Virus record (IMG/VR): IMGVR_UViG_3300009155_000236
Location: 1-25,063 of that record
Reading direction: 5' to 3' (one strand)
DNA length: 25,063 nt
Origin: a virus
Taxonomy: Duplodnaviria; Caudoviricetes
This document shows positions 16,266 to 23,407 of this stretch, in pieces. Positions within the stretch are counted from its first letter, which is position 1, and every line of letters begins with the position of its first letter. The notes under the pieces were generated by a model. The model made no database searches and was not told the origin of the DNA. It saw nothing but the letters and a program-made list of their open reading frames with translations. Made by a program: the position numbers and the translations under genes.

Positions 16266-16483
16266 ACGAAAAAGGTAGGCGTTCTTATGAACGTGCTAAT
16301 CCTGGATCTAATTTAAAACCTCCAGTTAAAAAAGCAAAAGCTAAAAAATCTAGTAAAAGTGCAGCTAGACGAAAATCGTTTTGCTCTAGAATGTCTGGTA
16401 TGAAGAAAAAACTAACTTCATATAAGACCGCAAATGACCCAAATAGTAGAATCAATAAATCTCTACGTGCTTGGGATTGCTAA
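16205..16483 (+). CDS. Small basic phage protein (DUF6321-like)
   Basis: AWQRKEGKNAKGGLNEKGRRSY...RRKSFCSRMSGMKKKL...DPNSRINKSLRAWDC, a highly conserved phage family. The DUF number is from memory. Confidence 0.8.
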   Translation: MAKKSEAWQRKEGKNAKGGLNEKGRRSYERANPGSNLKPPVKKAKAKKSSKSAARRKSFCSRMSGMKKKLTSYKTANDPNSRINKSLRAWDC

Positions 16484-16513
16484 TTACCTCCATCCCTCCA
16501 ATCTCTTTCAATA

Positions 16514-16807
16514 ATGACAACATATACCGGAAAAACAAACGCAGCAATCATTGTAAATGTACTCATTAAAGAAATTCTACCTTGGTACAGAATAGAATTT
16601 ATTGATATGAGCCAATCTACAACGGTCCTTAAAATTTCAGAAGTACTTATGCGATGCCGCTTAAACAAAGCAAATGTACCTTACTTAGTACTTACAGAAA
16701 AAAGTCTTAAAATAGACCACGTTAATCTGGTAGAACATTTGAATGGTGTACTGTCAGGTAAGATACGCGATGACGCAGGAAACCTAGTAGCTAATGGAGA
16801 ATCGTAG
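16514..16807 (+). CDS. Hypothetical protein
   Basis: 97-aa ORF, co-oriented and tightly packed with its neighbours. Confidence 0.6.
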   Translation: MTTYTGKTNAAIIVNVLIKEILPWYRIEFIDMSQSTTVLKISEVLMRCRLNKANVPYLVLTEKSLKIDHVNLVEHLNGVLSGKIRDDAGNLVANGES

Positions 16808-16809
16808 TA

Positions 16810-17490
16810 ATGGATAGACAACAAGCTATTCACATGATGTCCGAAGCAATTGATCCAGATATGCCGATTTTAAATCGTAGACTACCTAGACCAAAACATG
16901 GTACAGGTGGTAGAGTAACAAATCTCACTCAAAGCGTATGGTTCGATGCTTTATTTGAACTCAATGAAAAAAATGCAATCCTAGGCAGATTCGATAAAGT
17001 ACTGCCTGATTCAATAATCTTAGCTAACTGGGCTAAAGAGTATGAGGGTAAAGGCTTCAATACTTTAACTGGAAGACCTATAGGCGGTGCTATAACTTCT
17101 GGAAAAGTCAGTATTGGAATGTACCGTAACAAGCATAGAGTAGCTAGACTTTACAACACCCAAGTAAAGCCTGTTCTAATATCGCTTAAATACTGTGCTC
17201 AAAAGTATCCTTGTAAAGAAAAAACTAAAGCAGTTATTCCATTGTCTCTAGACGAAATTAGAGAACTCTGCATGACTTGTAAAATTGCAGATCCTAGATT
17301 CTTCAATCCAAAAGAAATAGCAGATATCAAAGCTTACGCAGACAAAACTAATGACCGTAACAATTGGGGCATACCATCTAAGTCTCAATGGGACGAACTT
17401 AATGACGCAGTTCCAGGTGGCATTTTTGGAAGGTACAAAATCTACAATGAAGTCTATGACCCGGCATCCTACTCGCCCCTCACTTGGTAA
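16810..17490 (+). CDS. Hypothetical protein
   Basis: 226-aa ORF with GGAG RBS at about 16796-16799, tightly packed. No family recognised. Confidence 0.65.
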   Translation: MDRQQAIHMMSEAIDPDMPILNRRLPRPKHGTGGRVTNLTQSVWFDALFELNEKNAILGRFDKVLPDSIILANWAKEYEGKGFNTLTGRPIGGAITSGKVSIGMYRNKHRVARLYNTQVKPVLISLKYCAQKYPCKEKTKAVIPLSLDEIRELCMTCKIADPRFFNPKEIADIKAYADKTNDRNNWGIPSKSQWDELNDAVPGGIFGRYKIYNEVYDPASYSPLTW

Positions 17491-18019
17491 ACCATCCTGC
17501 AATACTAAAGCATTAGAAGTAATCAACTCTATAGTAGCTACTTGTTCTAAATGTAGTTTTTCTCAAAACCATAAACCTTTAGACATACTTCCAAGCTTAG
17601 ACAGTATTTTCTATTTATTTGTTGGGGACTACCCTACAATGATAGAAGACATCGTTATCAAACCCTTAGCTGATAAAGAAGGAAGAGTACTGCGGGACAT
17701 TATTTCTTCTTACCTCCCTCCAGAAAAGTATTTAGTGGTCAATTCCGTCATTTGTACTCCTTACAATGGAAAGCTTGACGTAGTTACTCCCACACTTGAA
17801 CAACAACTAACTTGTAGTTGTAACTTATTGAACTACATAAAAACTCTTAAACCTACAACAATTTTTAGCTTAGGTAAACTACCAGCTAAACTTCTAAAAA
17901 AATTAGCTATCCCATTTGTTGAACTTCCCAGTCAAGATGCAGTTTTTGCTAGTGACTTACAAAAACAAAGATTTAGGCTGCTTCTTACAAAGAATCTAGA
18001 ATTGCAAGGAAATTACTAA
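17447..18019 (+). CDS. Family-4 uracil-DNA glycosylase-like protein with degenerate catalytic motifs
   Basis: CSKC...FVGDYPTMIED...KPLADKEGRVL...VNSVICTP...PTLEQQLTC...IKTLKPTTIFSLGKLPAK follows the UDG4 layout (CxxC, GEAPG..ED..G.PFVG.AG.LL, TN.VKCRP, P...E...C, ..P..IV.LG..A). Start is uncertain (ATG 17447 or 17456). Confidence 0.7.
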   Translation: MKSMTRHPTRPSLGKPSCNTKALEVINSIVATCSKCSFSQNHKPLDILPSLDSIFYLFVGDYPTMIEDIVIKPLADKEGRVLRDIISSYLPPEKYLVVNSVICTPYNGKLDVVTPTLEQQLTCSCNLLNYIKTLKPTTIFSLGKLPAKLLKKLAIPFVELPSQDAVFASDLQKQRFRLLLTKNLELQGNY

Positions 18020-19041
18020 TGAAACGAAAACCAACATGGGACTTGTATAGAGATGGTATATCATACTCTCTCCTATGCAAGTTTAGAAATTGTAGAGAAC
18101 GATTCCGTATTTCTACTGTAGAAGGGCTTAGACCAAGTGAACGTAGAGAAGCTATGGAGTTTGGTACTATTTTCCATAAAGCTTTAGAATTCACAGCACA
18201 AGGCAAAACTACTTCTCAAGTAATAACTAATTTATTAAAATTTTACAAAAATAGTTCAATAGATCCTGTACTTGTTAAACAAGCTTGTATTCTTGTACCT
18301 CATTATAATAGATACTACATAAATGAAAAGTACAAGTACGTAGCACAAGAAGAAGTGTTTGACGTTCCTTACAAGTCTACTACTACTGGAAAAATTATCC
18401 GTATACGTGGTAGACGCGATGAAATGTTTTTACGTAATGGTGCTTTATGGCTTCAAGAGAACAAAACAAAAACTCGTATAGACGAAGACAAGATCATCCA
18501 AACTTTGCCATACGACCTACAAACTATGATTTATACATGGTCTATGACTCATGACTATAAAGGTAAAAAGATTGGTGGAGTTCTTTACAATGTAATACGT
18601 AGACCAGGACTACAGCAAAGAGCTAAAGAATCAGATAATGAATTCTTGCAACGTATAAATGACGAAGTAGCTAAAGATGTAGATATTTCATTACAAAATA
18701 ATCAAATGTCTCACTACTTTAAACGTTATGAAGTTGAACTATCATCGACCGATATATCAAACTTCTATAACCGTATACTAGTACCTCTACTAGAGAACGT
18801 AGTTATCTGGTGGGAGTCTATCAAACTAAACCCGTTCGAACCCTGGATGGACGAGCAGGGCAATCCAAATCCTCACCACTACCAAAATCCGTTCGGAATT
18901 TACGATCCAATGACTATCGGCGTAGGCGACTACTTCGACTACGTAACCAGCGGATCAGAAATGGGGTTAGAAAGAATAACAACATGCTTCCCAGAACTCC
19001 AAGGAGAACAAGGAACCGCAAAAAAGATAGCTAAAAAATAG
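18019..19041 (+). CDS. PD-(D/E)XK RecB-like exonuclease
   Basis: ISYSLL...C; FGTIFHKALE; QEEVF; IRGRRDEMF...LQENKTK (D...ExK); LQTMIY; GVLYNVIRRP. Confidence 0.85.
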   Translation: MKRKPTWDLYRDGISYSLLCKFRNCRERFRISTVEGLRPSERREAMEFGTIFHKALEFTAQGKTTSQVITNLLKFYKNSSIDPVLVKQACILVPHYNRYYINEKYKYVAQEEVFDVPYKSTTTGKIIRIRGRRDEMFLRNGALWLQENKTKTRIDEDKIIQTLPYDLQTMIYTWSMTHDYKGKKIGGVLYNVIRRPGLQQRAKESDNEFLQRINDEVAKDVDISLQNNQMSHYFKRYEVELSSTDISNFYNRILVPLLENVVIWWESIKLNPFEPWMDEQGNPNPHHYQNPFGIYDPMTIGVGDYFDYVTSGSEMGLERITTCFPELQGEQGTAKKIAKK

Positions 19042-19064
19042 TTGAAAAAATTTTATCTAACCCG

Positions 19065-19093
19065 TTGACATTCAACTATCGCTGACATAGACT
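19065..19093 (+). promoter_or_regulatory. Sigma70-type promoter for the recombination/SSB genes
   Basis: TTGACA (19065-19070), 17-nt spacer, TAGACT (19088-19093). A/T tract upstream (GAAAAAATTTTAT) and AAGGAG RBS at 19121-19126. Confidence 0.75.
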
Positions 19094-19134
19094 TCTACTC
19101 CCTGACCGAAACAACGAACGAAGGAGTAAAAGTC

Positions 19135-19995
19135 ATGGTTGCAAAAGTAAGGCGAGTCAATCCGACCGCAAGTAAAGTTGTTACAAAGTCATCTGTAAAA
19201 GAATGGAGAATCCCAGGCCCAGAAGAGTTCAACAAACCATCGGACGATTTCTTCGATTACTATACACTTATTCACGGTACAGCAGGCGTAGGTAAATCAT
19301 CACTTATCGCTTCTATACCTGGATCAGTAATTTTTCAGTTTGAACCGGCACGACGCAACATTCGTGCAAGACAAATTGATTTTAAGATTTCAACTATTCC
19401 AGAAATGGAACGTGGATCTGAAAACCCTTGGAGTAAGTTTGTCAATCTTCTAGAGCAAGCAGAAGAAGACAAAACAATCAAAGTTATAGGAATAGACAAC
19501 ATCGCAGAATGTTACAAAGCTTGCGAAAACAATTGGTGCTTAGATAACCAAATGGAAAACGTACCGAAAAACGATTACGGTGCTTCGCGTGGACAAATCA
19601 ATAAAGAGTTTGAACGAGTATTGAATGGACTTAAATTCGATTCTCGACTAGGAGTAATTTTTACGTCACACACAAAAGAGAGAGAAGGTGAATTAAATAC
19701 GGGTACAACAGAATCGATGTATAGTCCATCATGCCCTTCAGCAGTTTTTGAATGGCTAAAAAAAGCAATGGACTTTGCATTCTTCCTTGGATACCATGAC
19801 AAGAAGCGTGCCATTCATTGTAGATGGGACACCATCTGGACTAAATGCGGAATTGCTAATCGATTCTGCAACATCAAGAATAAACAACTCAATGCATTCT
19901 TTTTACCACAAGACCCAACTAAAGGCTATCAAACAATTGAGCTAGCTTGGGATAACAAAATCAAGACAGGAATTGTTCTTGATTCTGAAGAATAG
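19135..19995 (+). CDS. Sak4-like P-loop ATPase (phage ssDNA-annealing recombinase)
   Basis: Walker A LIHGTAGVGKSS, Walker B KVIGID, DYG, VIFTSH, MDFAFF. Lies between an exonuclease and an SSB-like gene, the usual Sak4 synteny. Confidence 0.8.
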   Translation: MVAKVRRVNPTASKVVTKSSVKEWRIPGPEEFNKPSDDFFDYYTLIHGTAGVGKSSLIASIPGSVIFQFEPARRNIRARQIDFKISTIPEMERGSENPWSKFVNLLEQAEEDKTIKVIGIDNIAECYKACENNWCLDNQMENVPKNDYGASRGQINKEFERVLNGLKFDSRLGVIFTSHTKEREGELNTGTTESMYSPSCPSAVFEWLKKAMDFAFFLGYHDKKRAIHCRWDTIWTKCGIANRFCNIKNKQLNAFFLPQDPTKGYQTIELAWDNKIKTGIVLDSEE

Positions 19996-20052
19996 TTAAA
20001 TCACAGTCCGTTTCGTTTAATAAATTCTGCATTGCATAAAGGTACTACTACT

Positions 20053-20901
20053 ATGGCTACAGCTAAGAAACCTTCCACTGGCAAACCGGCACAAGGCAAC
20101 GATACATCCGATCAATTCTTCAAAGCACTCAAAGCCAAAGGATCGATCCTCAAGAAAGCTGGTGCTGAAAAGGCTCCTAACTCTTACACTACAACTGAAG
20201 AAATTATCGAAGCCTTCAAGCTAAGGATTGGAGGTAAAACTACAACAACTGCTAAGTGTACAGCAGCTCGTTGCGGTGTTGACAAGAACAAAAATCCTTA
20301 CGTTAGTTTCAACTTCGTATGTACTGGCTCTGTAGGTGCTGGTCAGACTCCAGGCAAGTACATCTCTTTGGTAGAACAAGGAAAGCGTACTGAGGAACAA
20401 GCCTACAAAGACTTAGCATTCACGCTTCAGCGTATGGGATACGAGACTGACGACCTTGGTTCTGATGCTCTAAAGAATATCTTGGATCAGATCAAAGAAG
20501 ATCGCCCAAGCGTGTCTATTACAATTTCTCGGTACGGTGAAAGCGGAATTGATACCCAAGTCAACCGAGTAATTGACGAAGAAGACTCTGAATCTGAAGA
20601 TGAAGAAGACGATTCAGACTCCGACGAAGAAGAAGAGGAATCGGAAGACGAAGCTGCTGAAGAAAGCGAAGACGAAGAAGAAACTTCAGAAGAAGAAGAC
20701 GAAGAAGAGGAAGAGGAAAACGATCTTTTAGAAAATCCTGCTGACTGGGTTGGTAATAAAGCCAAAGTTAAGACAGCTAAGATGCCAAAAGCAGCAACAG
20801 TTACTCTACTATCTTACGACTCTAAGAAAGGCACTTTCAAAGCTAAGAACGCTAAGGGAGAATCTTTCACAGTCAAGGTTGACGAAGTACTTGAAGCTTA
20901 G
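20053..20901 (+). CDS. Putative single-stranded DNA-binding protein with an internal acidic tract
   Basis: ATG 20053 after AAAGGT. OB-like core (GVDKNKNPYVSFNFVC...), about 50-residue D/E/S tract, basic ~55-aa C-terminal domain. Follows the Sak4-like gene. Confidence 0.6.
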   Translation: MATAKKPSTGKPAQGNDTSDQFFKALKAKGSILKKAGAEKAPNSYTTTEEIIEAFKLRIGGKTTTTAKCTAARCGVDKNKNPYVSFNFVCTGSVGAGQTPGKYISLVEQGKRTEEQAYKDLAFTLQRMGYETDDLGSDALKNILDQIKEDRPSVSITISRYGESGIDTQVNRVIDEEDSESEDEEDDSDSDEEEEESEDEAAEESEDEEETSEEEDEEEEEENDLLENPADWVGNKAKVKTAKMPKAATVTLLSYDSKKGTFKAKNAKGESFTVKVDEVLEA

Positions 20902-20963
20902 TACACTAGCCTATCTAGCGACTAACTAGTTGGCGTATTGTAAAAGTCTGATACCGTTCTAGC

Positions 20964-21019
20964 TTCTTGTCAAACACTCCTATTCGGACCCAGTGTTTAA
21001 CAAGAAAGTCCGAATAGGA
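20964..21019. repeat. Two interleaved inverted repeats (A-B-A'-B')
   Basis: A TTCTTGTCAAACACT (20964-20978) pairs with A' AGTGTTTAACAAGAA (20992-21006), 14/15. B TCCTATTCGGAC (20978-20989) pairs with B' GTCCGAATAGGA (21008-21019), 12/12. Confidence 0.9.
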
Positions 21020-21028
21020 ATGACTTAT

Positions 21029-21070
21029 CCAACCGCATCAGAATTACTCCCTGGTGCGGTTGGTTTTTTT
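21029..21070 (+). terminator. Rho-independent terminator
   Basis: CCAACCGCATCAG (21029-21041), 9-nt loop, CTGGTGCGGTTGG (21051-21063; one G-U pair), then T7. Confidence 0.85.
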
Positions 21071-21110
21071 ATCTACTGACTGAGTAACTATATCATAACT
21101 GGGTACAACA

Positions 21111-23099
21111 ATGATAAACGAATTTCTAGCAATTGACACTGAAGCAACTGGACTTTTTGGTAATCATGGTTGTAGAGTATTTGCAATTTCTACATGCGAT
21201 CAAGACGGTACTACCAACTACTTCGAAGCACCAGTAGATCCACTAACACGCAATCCAAAGTGGTCTAGCAGAACACTAACTAGCTTCTGCGACCTACTTT
21301 ACTCATTCAATACCCACGTATACCATAACATGAATTTTGACCTATTCATGTTATCTCTTCTACCTTCCAGAAAGTTAGAAGCGTTACCACAATTCTACAC
21401 GCAAGGCAACTTTAGATACTACGATACTCTTATTAGAGCACACGTAATTGACTCAAGCCAACCATTAGGACTCAAAGACCAAGCATTACTTAATTGTGAT
21501 ATGCTTGATGACGATGAAAAAGAATTAGATGATTGCGTAAAGTCACTTCGTAGAAAATCTGAACTAAAAGATATGGGTTGGCAATTAGCAACAGAAGGAC
21601 ATCCTCATTTAGCTGGACAAAAAGACAAATTCCACAAATGCGACTTTTGGTTGCCAAAAGCATACGGAGAGCATTACTCGTTTCCTAAAGATCACTTTTA
21701 CAATACTGTATGTCGTACTTATGCAATAAAAGATGCACTACGTACAGCAGCACTCTTCATACGTCAACAAGTAACTTTTGAAGACAGTAACCATTTAGAG
21801 CGTCCATTTGCAATTCAACAAAATCTTCTAATGCCTATTTACAGAATGGCTAGGAATGGTCTAACCGTACATAGAACTAATTTCAACAAGTTAATAATTA
21901 ACGCATCTAAAGATAGACAAAACGCTTTAGATAGTATGCATCAAATACTAAACAATGAAGACTTTAACCCTAACAGTGGTCCTCAACTCAAGTCAACTTT
22001 GTATGACTACTTTAACTTCAAACCAGAAAAATTAACAAAAAACGGTAATGCATCAACTGATAAGCAAGTCTTGCCAGCATTGAAACTTCAAAAGAATTCT
22101 AAGATAGCTATAAAATTCCTAGATGCTTTACTAGACTATCGTGCAGTTAATTCAGCAGTATCTTATCTAAACTCTTACAAACGCTTCCACTTAGATTGGA
22201 AGCTATATCCGTCCACCAAACAATGCGGTACATCAACTACTCGTATGGCTATGTCTGACCCTAACGGACAAAACATCAGTAAAGGTAAAGAAGCATTTGA
22301 CGAGAACGGTAATCCTATAGTCGTTTACTCAATTCGTAAAGCTTTCGGGCCTTTACGAAACCAACTATGGGCATCTATTGACTACGATCAGTTACAGCTT
22401 AGAATATTTGCTTATTGGTCAAAAGACCCTAAACTAATTAAGGCGTTTGAAGATGGTTTTGATTTTCATAACTACATGGCTATGCAAATCTTTGAAACTA
22501 ATGAACCAACTAAGCTACAACGGAGAATTGCAAAAAATGTCAACTTCGGATACATCTTCGGGGCAGGAGAACGAAAGATCGACGCAACATGCGGAATGCC
22601 GGGAATCTTTCGAAGAGTACAAGCACTATTTCCTTGTGTTACGGAATCGATCAATAGAACCGTGTCCTTTGTTAAACGCAACGGATACGTCGAAACGGCT
22701 TCAGGCTACCGATTGCGTGTCCCACGTAACAAAGCCTACGCAGGAGTAAACTACATAGTACAAGGAACTGAAGGTGACATAGTTAAACATGCACTAACTA
22801 ACTGTGATAGTTACATACTCAACAATTTCTTACTTGAAAAAGTAGGAAAAACAACTCGTTATGTAGAAGACACCACCCTAAGCAAATGTAAGCTAATACT
22901 TCAAGTACATGATGAATTACTTTTCTCCCTCCAGAAAAGTTTAGGGCGGAAAAAGATTGTTACAACTTTAAATGCATTATCGTCCATAATGGAGAATGCA
23001 GGTAAAGAGTTTGGCGTACCTTGTATTTGTAAACCTGAAATCATTGAAGACAATTGGGCAGAAGCAAAGAAACTAAATGAATGGATAACTTCAGCATGA
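21111..23099 (+). CDS. polA: DNA polymerase family A with a 3'-5' exonuclease domain
   Basis: ExoI IDTEATG, ExoII HNMNFD, ExoIII YAIKDA; TTRMAMSDPNGQNI; motif A DYDQLQLR; motif B RRIAKNVNFGYIFG; NYIVQGT; motif C LQVHDELLF. Confidence 0.95.
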   Translation: MINEFLAIDTEATGLFGNHGCRVFAISTCDQDGTTNYFEAPVDPLTRNPKWSSRTLTSFCDLLYSFNTHVYHNMNFDLFMLSLLPSRKLEALPQFYTQGNFRYYDTLIRAHVIDSSQPLGLKDQALLNCDMLDDDEKELDDCVKSLRRKSELKDMGWQLATEGHPHLAGQKDKFHKCDFWLPKAYGEHYSFPKDHFYNTVCRTYAIKDALRTAALFIRQQVTFEDSNHLERPFAIQQNLLMPIYRMARNGLTVHRTNFNKLIINASKDRQNALDSMHQILNNEDFNPNSGPQLKSTLYDYFNFKPEKLTKNGNASTDKQVLPALKLQKNSKIAIKFLDALLDYRAVNSAVSYLNSYKRFHLDWKLYPSTKQCGTSTTRMAMSDPNGQNISKGKEAFDENGNPIVVYSIRKAFGPLRNQLWASIDYDQLQLRIFAYWSKDPKLIKAFEDGFDFHNYMAMQIFETNEPTKLQRRIAKNVNFGYIFGAGERKIDATCGMPGIFRRVQALFPCVTESINRTVSFVKRNGYVETASGYRLRVPRNKAYAGVNYIVQGTEGDIVKHALTNCDSYILNNFLLEKVGKTTRYVEDTTLSKCKLILQVHDELLFSLQKSLGRKKIVTTLNALSSIMENAGKEFGVPCICKPEIIEDNWAEAKKLNEWITSA

Positions 23100-23407
23100 C
23101 AAAAGAGCATTCGCTAGATTACTACAGATTAGTATTTACTAATTTCAGTATCATACTACGAGTATTTCATAGAGATTTAAACTTTGGGCATACGTCTATT
23201 TTTGTAGAACGTACTAAATTAAACATTAGATGGACGATACGAAAAAAAGGGCACAAAAAATTTATACACGACATTCCAATTACATTCGATTCTTTAATTG
23301 AATTTAAAGATTCTTCAAACATTTACGATGTAGCTGAAGCATTAGTAGCTGAAGCATTACGCATGGTCCCTAAAGAACTCATAATCATCACAACAAACAA
23401 ATGCTAA
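23096..23407 (+). CDS. Hypothetical protein
   Basis: About 103 aa. ATG 23096 overlaps the polymerase stop (ATGA), and its end overlaps the primase start. Confidence 0.55.
   Translation: MTKEHSLDYYRLVFTNFSIILRVFHRDLNFGHTSIFVERTKLNIRWTIRKKGHKKFIHDIPITFDSLIEFKDSSNIYDVAEALVAEALRMVPKELIIITTNKC

Noticed and set aside
18019-19041. Cas4 / CRISPR association of the PD-(D/E)XK nuclease
   Set aside because: It lacks the C-terminal three-Cys cluster of Cas4, no repeat-spacer array or other cas gene is visible, and the context is exonuclease-Sak4-SSB recombination.
20487-20765. Minus-strand poly-Ser ORF
   Set aside because: Simply the antisense of the GAA/GAC-rich acidic tract in the SSB-like gene.
20902-21110. 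tRNA or known riboswitch in the SSB-polA gap
   Set aside because: No cloverleaf, T-loop or CCA pattern and no riboswitch consensus that I recognise. Reported only as an unexplained structure.
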